Assembly: GCA_002297185.1 (NCBI GenBank)
Contig: DBJV01000087.1
Span: forward strand, 1-37,476
From: Christensenella sp. UBA767
GTDB lineage: Bacteria; Bacillota; Clostridia; Christensenellales; CAG-917
Direction of reading: 5' to 3'
Length of the DNA stretch: 37,476 bases
Below are positions 8,334-15,684 of this stretch, piece by piece. Position 1 is the stretch's first letter. Every line of letters begins with the position of its first letter. The translations under genes were made by a program, and so were the position numbers. Under the pieces are notes generated by a model. That model saw only the letters and a program-made list of their open reading frames with translations, had not been told where the DNA came from and did not search any database.

Positions 8334-8918
8334 TCAGTCGTTGAGTTTCAACATCGTAAACCCTTGTTTCGCTTTGCAAAGCGGACACATATCCCACGCC
8401 TCTTTGCTTTCTGCCTCGTAGCCGCAACCCGAGCATTTCCATTTCACAGGCTTTTCCTTCTTGTACATCGTATCGTTTTTGAGTTGATTGTACAAATCCT
8501 CAAACATAAGTTTGTGGCAATGCTCCACGTCCGATAGCATCTTGAACGCATTTGCAATCTCCTCAAAGCCCTCTTCGCGAGCGGTTTTTTCAAAGACTCG
8601 GTAGGTTTTGACCTCGCTTTCCTCGTCCTCTGCGGCGAGCTTGAGATTTTGCTCCAAATCCCACTTTTCCTTGAACGGATAGCCTGCGCAAATTTCGATA
8701 TTTTCAATGGTTTTGTTGCTTGCTTGTTGGATGAAGGTGTAAAGCACGCGCGCGTGGTTAAATTCGTTATATACCACCTTGTCGATAACCTCGGCAAGTG
8801 CGTTATAGCCCTCGTTGCGTGCGCCGTATTCGAGGAATTTGTATCTCGTCATTGCCTGTGTTTCGCCTGCGTAAGCGCGAGCGAGGTTTGAAAACGTTTT
8901 GCTGTCGATGAGTTTCAT
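8334..8918 (-). CDS. rbr: Rubrerythrin
   Basis: 194 aa. N-terminal ferritin-like diiron helices (AGETQA..Y, NEFNHA, EDEESE, DVEHCH) and a C-terminal rubredoxin-like CSGCG...CPLCK. Confidence 0.9.
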   Translation of the reverse strand: MKLIDSKTFSNLARAYAGETQAMTRYKFLEYGARNEGYNALAEVIDKVVYNEFNHARVLYTFIQQASNKTIENIEICAGYPFKEKWDLEQNLKLAAEDEESEVKTYRVFEKTAREEGFEEIANAFKMLSDVEHCHKLMFEDLYNQLKNDTMYKKEKPVKWKCSGCGYEAESKEAWDMCPLCKAKQGFTMLKLND

Positions 8919-9109
8919 ATATGATATCTCCTTTTTGTGATATACGGATTATTGCAAAATGCGTGCGTTTTTATACGGAATTGCCGCACAATCTCGCTGC
9001 AAACGTCAAAAAGGCGGATTTTTACAAAAAGACTTTTAATAATCGCAACAAAGTGGTATTATAATCGCAGAAATAAAAGTTTGGCGGCGTAAGTCGCAAG
9101 GAGTAATAT

Positions 9110-9922
9110 ATGAGCGATTGCACGCACGATTGCGGTTCTTGTTCCAAGGACTGCTCGTCGAGAAGTTTGATTGCAGAGCAAAACAAACTTTCGGATATCA
9201 AAAAAGTTATAGCCGTCGTAAGCGGCAAGGGCGGAGTGGGCAAATCCCTCGTCACGTCCCTGCTTGCAGTAGGCAAAGCCAAAGAGGGCAAAGCGGTAGG
9301 CATTTTGGATGCCGACATCACGGGTCCGTCCATTCCACGCGCTTTCGGCATTTACGGAAGTGTGGAAGGCGACGCCAACGGAATTTACCCACGTCAAAGC
9401 GACTTTGGTGTGAGAGTGGTATCTTCCAATCTCCTTTTGGATGACGAAACCGATCCCGTCATTTGGCGCGGCCCCGTCATCGCAGGCATGGTCAAACAAT
9501 TCTGGACGGACGTCGTATGGGGCGATCTCGATTTCCTCTTCGTTGACTGCCCTCCGGGAACGGGCGACGTACCTCTCACCGTATTCCAATCCATCAAACT
9601 CGACGGCATCATCATCGTCACCTCTCCGCAAGACCTCGTGTCCATGATCGTCGAAAAAGCCGTCAAAATGGCAAACAAAATGAATATCCCCATCTACGGC
9701 GTAGTCGAGAATATGAGCTATATCGAATGCCCCGATTGCGGCAAGAAAATCGACGTATTCGGCACAAGCAACGTTGACAAAATCGCAAACGATTTCAACC
9801 TCAAAGTGCTTGGCAAACTTCCCATCGATCGCAACATCGCATCTGCAGTAGATCAAGGCAAAGTCGAGCAACTCGACGCAAGCAAGTATCTTGCCGATGC
9901 TCTCCAAGCAATCGAAAAGTAA
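9110..9922 (+). CDS. mrp: Mrp/NBP35/ApbC-family ATP-binding Fe-S cluster carrier
   Basis: Deviant Walker A VVSGKGGVGKS, downstream CPDCG, and an N-terminal Cys-rich tail CTHDCGSCSKDC. 270 aa. Confidence 0.85.
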   Translation: MSDCTHDCGSCSKDCSSRSLIAEQNKLSDIKKVIAVVSGKGGVGKSLVTSLLAVGKAKEGKAVGILDADITGPSIPRAFGIYGSVEGDANGIYPRQSDFGVRVVSSNLLLDDETDPVIWRGPVIAGMVKQFWTDVVWGDLDFLFVDCPPGTGDVPLTVFQSIKLDGIIIVTSPQDLVSMIVEKAVKMANKMNIPIYGVVENMSYIECPDCGKKIDVFGTSNVDKIANDFNLKVLGKLPIDRNIASAVDQGKVEQLDASKYLADALQAIEK

Positions 9923-9923
9923 T

Positions 9924-10388
9924 ATGACAAGGCGCGAAATAGCAGAGAATAACTTTGTCCAAGGTTACAGTTGCGCACAAGCCGTAGTGCTTGCTTTTTC
10001 GGACGTCACGGGCTTTGGCGGAGAACAAGCGTTACGTCTTAGTTCCTCGTTTGGCGGCGGTATGGGCAGACTTCGAGAAGTATGCGGCGCAGTCAGCGGC
10101 ATGTTTATCGTCGAAGGGCTGTTGGAAGGGTACGATTATCCCGACAAGCCCGATGCAAAGCAGCAAAAAGCCGCCCACTACGCACGCATCCAAGAACTTG
10201 CACAGCGTTTTAAACAAATCAACGGCTCAATCGTATGCCGTGAGATTTTGGGCGCACGCGCAACCACTTCGCCCGTCCCCGATGACCGCACTCCCGAGTA
10301 TTACAAAACGAGACCGTGCGCCAAAATGTGCGGTGACGCCGCCGAAGTCCTCGAAACCTTCCTCCGCGAGCGCGGAATAATAGAGTAA
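9924..10388 (+). CDS. C_GCAxxG_C_C family protein (putative redox-active)
   Basis: GYSCAQAVVLAF matches the C-GCAxxG-C-C signature, and C-terminal Cys residues are present. The ATG at 9924 lies 1 nt after the mrp stop. The longer ORF-track start at 9891 overlaps mrp and is less likely. Confidence 0.7.
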   Translation: MTRREIAENNFVQGYSCAQAVVLAFSDVTGFGGEQALRLSSSFGGGMGRLREVCGAVSGMFIVEGLLEGYDYPDKPDAKQQKAAHYARIQELAQRFKQINGSIVCREILGARATTSPVPDDRTPEYYKTRPCAKMCGDAAEVLETFLRERGIIE

Positions 10389-10390
10389 AA

Positions 10391-10430
10391 CATATGGAAT
10401 GATCGTATAAGATTTCCATTCTTCCATATG
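10391..10430. other. Inverted repeat CATATGGAA...(C)TTCCATATG immediately after the stop codon; no T-run
   Basis: 9-10 nt arms with an alternative inner pairing ATGGAA/TTCCAT. The same CATATGGAAT / GGAATATTCC words recur in the other mosaic tracts (22486, 26312). Confidence 0.6.
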
Positions 10431-10492
10431 TCATTCAGAGGGCGCAAAGCGACCGTGGGAATCCAGCGTAGCGAAAAGCGGAATATTCCACA
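10429..10492 (+). repeat. Mosaic module E (TGTCATTC...GGGAATCCAGCGTAGCG...GGAATATTCC)
   Basis: The reverse complement recurs at about 26312-26363. Variant of the TGTCATTGC...GCAATC module. Confidence 0.8.
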
Positions 10493-10494
10493 AC

Positions 10495-10649
10495 TTGCGC
10501 TATGCGCAAATATCACTGTTGCAACGCAACAATATCACTTTTTGCGTAGCAAAAAATATCACTTGTGCGTAGCACAAATATCACTGCGCCTACGGCGCAA
10601 TATCACTCACATAAAGTGCTAAAAAGCACTTTATGCGTTGATAAACGCA
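10495..10649 (+). repeat. Hairpin array 1: five units of [5-6 bp stem / 3-nt loop hairpin + AATATCACT], followed by an 11-bp and a 6-bp hairpin
   Basis: AATATCACT starts at 10509, 10531, 10555, 10577 and 10599 (spacing 22/24/22/22). The hairpins are TTGCGC-TAT-GCGCAA, GTTGC-AAC-GCAAC, TTTTGC-GTA-GCAAAA, TGTGC-GTA-GCACA and GCGCC-TAC-GGCGC, followed by CATAAAGTGCT-AAAA-AGCACTTTATG and TGCGTT-GATA-AACGCA. Confidence 0.85.
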
Positions 10650-10681
10650 TTATAAAGTGCCAATTTGCACAAAATAGCCCT

Positions 10682-11002
10682 ATGAGTTTCTACGACGTCG
10701 TATATGAACAAGTAAAGAAAATCCCAAGCGGAAAAGTTGCAACCTACGGACAAATCGCCGTGTTGTGCGGCTCTCCGCGCGCCTCGCGCGCAGTAGGGTA
10801 TGCACTCCATTTCAATCCCGATCCCGAGCATGTGCCGTGTTTTCGAGTTGTCAACCGTTTTGGCAGATGCGCCCCTGCGTTCGCCTTCGGCGGTCCGGAA
10901 GTGCAAGCCAATCTCCTTCGTGCCGACGGCATCGAGGTTGACAAAGACGGCTACGTCGATTTGGACAAATACCAATGGAATCCGTATAGTTATAAGCAAT
11001 AA
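10682..11002 (+). CDS. MGMT-family DNA-binding domain protein (ATL / YbaZ-like, single domain)
   Basis: 106 aa from the ATG at 10682. KIPSGKVATYGQIA...GSPRASRAVG...VPCFRVVNRFG matches the alkyltransferase helix-turn-helix and active-site loop, but the loop reads PCFR rather than the canonical PCHR. The upstream part of the ORF-track ORF lies in the repeat array. Confidence 0.7.
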   Translation: MSFYDVVYEQVKKIPSGKVATYGQIAVLCGSPRASRAVGYALHFNPDPEHVPCFRVVNRFGRCAPAFAFGGPEVQANLLRADGIEVDKDGYVDLDKYQWNPYSYKQ

Positions 11003-11012
11003 AAATTTCAAT

Positions 11013-11080
11013 CGGGTGTGGGGTGTCCCCACCAACTGTCATTGCGAGCGTAAGCGTGGCAATCTAGGCGACAGCCGCAC
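11013..11080 (+). repeat. Mosaic modules F (GTGGGG-TGT-CCCCAC hairpin) and A (TGTCATTGCGAGCGTAAGCGTGGCAATCTAGGCG...)
   Basis: F recurs inverted at about 26368-26388 with one base pair fewer in both arms. A is a shorter-loop variant of 8003-8038 and 11238-11273. Confidence 0.8.
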
Positions 11081-11081
11081 A

Positions 11082-11160
11082 CACCAAGCAAGCGATATAG
11101 CGAAACTGAGGCAGAAGTTTTTATCCCTCTTATTCTGATAGCGTGTATCGGTTGTGCGGT
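11082..11160 (+). repeat. Mosaic module B, copy 1 (79 nt; candidate structured RNA)
   Basis: 79-nt match to 22621-22699 with 4 substitutions. A long-range pairing closes two internal stems, AAACT/AGTTT and TATC/GATA. Confidence 0.75.
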
Positions 11161-11237
11161 AGCAGAGCAATAAGGCTAGCGTGGCGTTAGACAATGAACT
11201 GGGGAGTTGTCTTTGCCACAGTGACGACTTTTGCTCT

Positions 11238-11285
11238 TGTCATTGCGAGGAACGTAGTGACGTGGCAATCTAGGCGATAGCCGCA
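11238..11285 (+). repeat. Mosaic module A (TGTCATTGCGAGGAACGTAGTGACGTGGCAATCTAG...)
   Basis: The first 36 nt are identical to 8003-8038. Confidence 0.85.
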
Positions 11286-11291
11286 TTACAA

Positions 11292-11412
11292 AAATACCAC
11301 AACTCGCACGAAGTGCGAATATCACTTTTAGCCAAAGGCTAAAAATATCACTTGTGCGTAGCACAAATATCACTGCGCCATTGGCGCAATATCACAAAAG
11401 GCGCAAGCCTTT
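11292..11412 (+). repeat. Hairpin array 2, homologous to array 1
   Basis: AATATCAC(T) starts at 11318, 11344, 11366 and 11388 (spacing 26/22/22), with a degenerate AAATACCAC at 11292. The hairpins are TCGCAC-GAA-GTGCGA, TTTTAGCC-AAA-GGCTAAAA, TTGTGC-GTA-GCACAA (identical to array 1), TGCGCC-ATT-GGCGCA (same stem as array 1, different loop) and AAAGGC-GCAA-GCCTTT. Confidence 0.85.
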
Positions 11413-11420
11413 CACAAAAT

Positions 11421-11450
11421 AAAAAAAGCGCACCATATCGGCGCGCTTTT
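11421..11450 (-). terminator. Intrinsic terminator of the XRE gene at 11449-11661
   Basis: AAAAGCGC...GCGCTTTT 8-bp stem. The plus-strand A7 run becomes a U-run on the minus-strand transcript. Overlaps the stop codon. Confidence 0.6.
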
Positions 11451-11661
11451 ACTTTATTTTCAAAATTTCGTCTGCGGAGCAATCCAGAAAATCACACAGT
11501 TTTGCAAACGTTGTCAGCGACGGCATAATCCGTCCCGAAAGGTATTGTGAAACGGTCGGTTTCGACACTCCGATTGCTTTTGCAATCTCGCTTTTCGATT
11601 TTCCCGACAATTCGATTTCTTCTTTCAGGCGTTTGCTTATGTTCTCTTCCAAGTCTATCAT
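11449..11661 (-). CDS. XRE-family helix-turn-helix transcriptional regulator (70 aa)
   Basis: SGKSKSEIAKAIGVSKPTVSQYLSG is a typical HTH_3 motif. Divergent from a lipoprotein gene, the same layout as at 5508-7914. Confidence 0.8.
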   Translation of the reverse strand: MIDLEENISKRLKEEIELSGKSKSEIAKAIGVSKPTVSQYLSGRIMPSLTTFAKLCDFLDCSADEILKIK

Positions 11662-11828
11662 TTTTCACCAACTATTTTGTGTAATGATATTCTTATTATT
11701 AGGCATTACTTAATCAAAAACTGCAAAATTAGGCACAGCCTAACAAAATGTGACTTGACTTATTGAGAATATATGAATATACTTTTATTAGCATTTATTT
11801 AATGCGTTTGACAAAAAGGGGAAGAAAC

Positions 11829-13061
11829 ATGAAGAAAAAACTTATAATACCATTTATTTTTGTACTTTTGATTTCGGTTATATTGCTGGTTTCATGCGAT
11901 AAATCGCCAGATGACGGACAAACAGGCGTGCAAAAGCCCAGCGGCACGCAAATTTTTTCCGATAGTTTTAGCATAGACAACGACAAATTATATGTGAAAG
12001 TATCCAATGATACCGAAGTTTTTTCATTCAACGATGCCGTTATAGTTGCAGATGATGCCGATTTTATTGTATCAACTGATATTAGAGCATCTCAAATTAT
12101 AGAAAGTAGGACTGTAAATGTTGAAATCGGAGATAATACGTTTTATGTGTTGGTTAAAAACGGAAATTCTCGGAAACTCTATATGGCTGTTATCAGACGT
12201 AAGCCGTTATATACGGTGAAATTTGATACGATGAGTAGTGCTAAAATCGATGACCAAATCGTTGAGGAAGATGCGTTTTCTATAGAGCCTTTTGCAGTCG
12301 AGAAAGAAGGGGCTGTTTTTGTAGGGTGGGATTATGATTTCAGCAAGCCTATAACTAAAGATATAACAGTTGAGGCGATGTGGGAATATATGACATACAA
12401 TATTACGTATATAACAGATGACTATAATTCTACAATCTGGGATATTAGTGATTATAATACAACGTTTCAATTGAATGATGAAAATGCCGTTGCGTTTCCA
12501 ACTCCGAAGGGCGAAGGAGTATTTTGTGGTTGGTATTTAAATGACAAAAATGGGAAATGTGTAGGTAATACTTCGCAAGTTGGGAAGGGCAAAGATATAA
12601 CAGTATATGCCTTGTTTGACAGAGATGCAAAAGGTTCGTTTTTCATGAGTTCCTACGAGAAGGGGGCGGTTATTGGGTGGATACCGGATGAAAACGGTGA
12701 GGTGTCATTCCCGAAAAAATGGTTTGGCGAAGAAATTGTGAGTATTATGCCAGAGAACATCGAAGAAATAAAAGGTACAAAAACAATGCGAATACCTGAA
12801 ACAGTTAAAACCATATTGGAGGGGTTATTTCAATATACCCCTGAAATAGAAACCCTTATAATTGATTCGAAAGAACTTAATTTGGATGATACAAATGCGA
12901 TTAGATACATTATTGTATCATTTTCCCCTATAAAAGTTGTTGAAACCATTTATATTAGAAGTGATGCCAATGTGTATGATATAATAAAAGATATTTATAC
13001 GGCAGTAATATCGGATAAAGATAATTATATAAAATATCAATATATTGATAAAACCAATTGA
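11829..13061 (+). CDS. Lipoprotein with two Listeria-Bacteroides (Flg_new-type) repeats and a C-terminal LRR-like region
   Basis: The ATG at 11829 gives MKKKLIIPFIFVLLISVILLVSC-DK (lipobox LVSC). The repeats are YTVKFD...GAVFVGWDYDFSKPITKDITVEAMW and YNITY...GVFCGWYLND...GKDITVYALF. AT-rich. Confidence 0.75.
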   Translation: MKKKLIIPFIFVLLISVILLVSCDKSPDDGQTGVQKPSGTQIFSDSFSIDNDKLYVKVSNDTEVFSFNDAVIVADDADFIVSTDIRASQIIESRTVNVEIGDNTFYVLVKNGNSRKLYMAVIRRKPLYTVKFDTMSSAKIDDQIVEEDAFSIEPFAVEKEGAVFVGWDYDFSKPITKDITVEAMWEYMTYNITYITDDYNSTIWDISDYNTTFQLNDENAVAFPTPKGEGVFCGWYLNDKNGKCVGNTSQVGKGKDITVYALFDRDAKGSFFMSSYEKGAVIGWIPDENGEVSFPKKWFGEEIVSIMPENIEEIKGTKTMRIPETVKTILEGLFQYTPEIETLIIDSKELNLDDTNAIRYIIVSFSPIKVVETIYIRSDANVYDIIKDIYTAVISDKDNYIKYQYIDKTN

Positions 13062-13079
13062 TTAATAGGAGGAGTAATT

Positions 13080-13550
13080 ATGACAACGCAAGTAAGCAAA
13101 ACATTTTCTTTTCAAAAAAGTGATATCTTTGAAGGCGTAAATTATGTCGATATGATAAATCACGCATTAGGCACGCAATACAAAGGTTGGTTTAAGGCAA
13201 GTGTATTGCTTAAAAATATGGGGCTAAAAGACCATATGGCGTGGTTTGTATTTATCAACGAAGAAACACACGGATACGCCCATTGGGCATGGCAAAATAC
13301 AATCACGAAAGACGGAACGATAACCGAAACTTGTGTAAAGGATACGACTGATAAATTCAAAAACGACACAACTCGATATCCCAAGTACCGTCTTGTATTC
13401 CAAAGAGATCCAGATAATGACGGTAGCGTATATAAATGTAAATTTCTCGGAATATGTGAGCGCATCAGTGTTGACAACGATGAGAAAAGTCGCACGCATA
13501 AGCTAATTAGAGACAGCATTGAATGGAGTGGGAAATATGAGCAAAAATAG
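13080..13550 (+). CDS. Hypothetical protein (156 aa), no family recognised
   Basis: Strong RBS AGGAGG 6 nt upstream of the ATG. Trp-rich (GWFKA, MAWFVF, HWAWQN) with a motif RLVFQRDPDNDGSVYKCKFLGI that is reminiscent of, but not assignable to, PUA/EVE-like folds. Confidence 0.6.
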   Translation: MTTQVSKTFSFQKSDIFEGVNYVDMINHALGTQYKGWFKASVLLKNMGLKDHMAWFVFINEETHGYAHWAWQNTITKDGTITETCVKDTTDKFKNDTTRYPKYRLVFQRDPDNDGSVYKCKFLGICERISVDNDEKSRTHKLIRDSIEWSGKYEQK

Positions 13551-13833
13551 TCATGCATATAGTTTTGACGGAGGGGAGATTTTGTCCAAGATGGGAGCGG
13601 CGTGGTTTGTTTCCTACGCATATTATCAAAATGTAGATAGCAATCATTCTGCGTGGAAAAGAATAAGCACTTATAGAGGTAGAATTAGCACTTATAACAC
13701 ATCTGCCGAATATCACGCATATTGGATTGAAAAAGTATTGGATATGAGTATAAATAAGTTGGCAACGAACCAAATAGGTTTATCCGGGACAGAAGTTAAG
13801 AATATGGCAAAAGCCGTATTGGAAAAAATATAA
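13537..13833 (+). CDS. Hypothetical protein (98 aa), translationally overlapping the previous gene
   Basis: The ATG at 13537 is preceded by GGAGTGGGA and overlaps the upstream stop (13548-13550) by 14 nt. No family recognised. Confidence 0.55.
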   Translation: MSKNSHAYSFDGGEILSKMGAAWFVSYAYYQNVDSNHSAWKRISTYRGRISTYNTSAEYHAYWIEKVLDMSINKLATNQIGLSGTEVKNMAKAVLEKI

Positions 13834-13855
13834 CGATATATTGTAGATATAAATT

Positions 13856-13882
13856 AAAAGTGAGCCGATTAGGCTCACTTTT
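13856..13882. terminator. Bidirectional intrinsic terminator between the small-gene pair and pgm
   Basis: AAAAGTGAGCC-GATTA-GGCTCACTTTT, a perfect 11-bp stem including the A/T flanks. Confidence 0.8.
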
Positions 13883-13901
13883 AATTTGATTTGCTTTTAT
13901 T

Positions 13902-15644
13902 TCAGTTTGCTAAATTTGCCATATATGCAAGGTATTGTTCCGCAAGAGCGGTTGCCTCGGCTTGAGACGGTTTGCTCGTTGCGACGTAAAATTTGAGTTT
14001 TGGCTCCGTGCCGCTCGGACGTACGCAAATCCAGTCGCCGTTTTCAAGGTGGATTTTGAAAGCGTTGGTCTTTGGCAGGTCGATATCTTCCGTCTTACCG
14101 CAGGCGTACGTCTTTTTGCGCGTTACGAAGTCGCTTTGCGCAAGCACTTTCGTGCCGGCGATTTCGGTGAAAGAAGTGGAGCGGATTTCGTTCATAATAT
14201 CCGCCATTTTTTGCATACCGTCCAAGCCACCAAACGTAATGGATTTCGCCTTTTCCACATAGTAGCCGAACTTCTTATAAATTCCCTGCAGCACGTCATA
14301 TACACTCGTGCCTTTAGATTCGAAATAGCACACCATTTCTGCAAACATCATGCTTGCCACAACCGCGTCCTTATCTCTTGCGTGCGTACCGACTAGCGAG
14401 CCGTAGCTCTCCTCGAATCCGAACAAATAGGTATATTCGCCGCTTTGTTCCCATTCCTTGATTTTCTCGCCGATAAACTTAAATCCCGTAAGCACGTCGA
14501 AGGTCGTAACGCCGTAACTCGTCGCAAGCGCGCGCGCAAGTTCGGTGGTAACGATAGTCTTTACAAGCGCGCCGTTTTTGGGCATATTGCCGTCCTCGCT
14601 CTTGCGCAGGAATATGTAGTTTGCAAGCAGCACGCCTATTTGATTGCCGTTAAGCAGCACGAATTTGCCTTCGTCGTTGCGCACGGCAATGCCCATTCTG
14701 TCCGCGTCGGGATCCGTTCCTATTACGATATCGCTGCCGATTTTGTCCGCAAGTTCCACGCCGAGGCGCAACGTATCCGCCTCTTCGGGATTAGGCACTC
14801 GCACGGTTGAAAACTCCGTATCCGGCAACGCCTGTTCCTTTACGACGTTGACGGTGATACCCATTCTCGAAAGGATAGTTGTCACAGGCACGTAACCGCT
14901 GCCGTGTATGGGGGTATATACGATTTTGACGTCTTTCCCGTACTTGCTCACAGCCTCGGGGGAGAGCGAAAGCTTGCTTATCGTATCGAAATATGCGTCG
15001 TCCACGCTCTTGCCGATGACGGTGATATGCGGCGCAACTTCCTTGTTGTCAAGCCCTCTAATGCTATCCGCCGTCAACACCACGTTTTCTTCCTCAATGC
15101 CGAAATATGGGGTTTTATCTATAAATTCCACCACTTTATCTGTCGACTCGGGCGACATCTGCGCGCCGTCCTCGCCATAAACTTTGTATCCGTTATAGAT
15201 CTTTGGGTTGTGCGATGCGGTGATCATAACGCCTGCAATCGCATTTAAATGCCGTATCGCAAACGAACACATCGGCACTGGATGCACGGTGTCGAAGAGG
15301 AAGGCGTTTATGCCGTTCTTTGCAAGCACCTTTGCCACCTCGATAGAAAATTCGCTTGAATATTTGCGTGTGTCGTAAGAGATAACCACGCCTCTTTGCA
15401 TCGCCTCGCCGCCGAGCGTTTTTATGTATTCGGCAAGCCCTTTTGTCGCGCGGCGCACGGTAAACGTGTTCATTCTGTTCGTACCCACGTCCAGCACGCC
15501 TCTCATACCTGCCGTGCCGAATTGGAGCGGACAATAAAACATCTCTTTCTTTTCTTCTTCCGTCAAAGATGCGAGCCTTGCCTTGTCCTCGGCAGACACT
15601 TCGTCCGACGTGAGCCATTGCATATAACTTGATTGATAGTCCAT
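13902..15644 (-). CDS. pgcA: Phosphoglucomutase / phosphomannomutase (alpha-D-phosphohexomutase superfamily)
   Basis: 580 aa. Active-site phosphoserine loop TASHNPKIYNGYKVY, metal loop GTDPDADR and sugar loop GFEESYG. Confidence 0.9.
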   Translation of the reverse strand: MDYQSSYMQWLTSDEVSAEDKARLASLTEEEKKEMFYCPLQFGTAGMRGVLDVGTNRMNTFTVRRATKGLAEYIKTLGGEAMQRGVVISYDTRKYSSEFSIEVAKVLAKNGINAFLFDTVHPVPMCSFAIRHLNAIAGVMITASHNPKIYNGYKVYGEDGAQMSPESTDKVVEFIDKTPYFGIEEENVVLTADSIRGLDNKEVAPHITVIGKSVDDAYFDTISKLSLSPEAVSKYGKDVKIVYTPIHGSGYVPVTTILSRMGITVNVVKEQALPDTEFSTVRVPNPEEADTLRLGVELADKIGSDIVIGTDPDADRMGIAVRNDEGKFVLLNGNQIGVLLANYIFLRKSEDGNMPKNGALVKTIVTTELARALATSYGVTTFDVLTGFKFIGEKIKEWEQSGEYTYLFGFEESYGSLVGTHARDKDAVVASMMFAEMVCYFESKGTSVYDVLQGIYKKFGYYVEKAKSITFGGLDGMQKMADIMNEIRSTSFTEIAGTKVLAQSDFVTRKKTYACGKTEDIDLPKTNAFKIHLENGDWICVRPSGTEPKLKFYVATSKPSQAEATALAEQYLAYMANLAN

Positions 15645-15684
15645 AGCATACCTCTATGTTTTCGTTTGTTAAATTATACCGCTA

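Noticed and set aside
8919-9109. Possible PerR/Fur-type box in the rbr-mrp divergent promoter (AATAATCGCAACAAA / ATAATCGCAGAAA direct repeats).
   Set aside because: The similarity to the PerR consensus I recall (TTATAAT-N-ATTATAA) is weak, and the repeats are direct rather than inverted. It is not strong enough to call.
10495-10607. Considered whether the regularly spaced AATATCACT arrays (also at 11292-11412) are a CRISPR array.
   Set aside because: The conserved word is only 8-9 nt. The spacers are 13-17 nt and are themselves perfect palindromes. There is no leader and no cas gene. The geometry is incompatible with CRISPR.
5481-13886. Whether the AT-rich cassettes are a prophage, ICE or transposon.
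   Set aside because: No integrase, transposase, relaxase, capsid or terminase gene, and no tRNA attachment site, is visible anywhere in the window. Mobility is inferred only from composition and the duplicated terminators.
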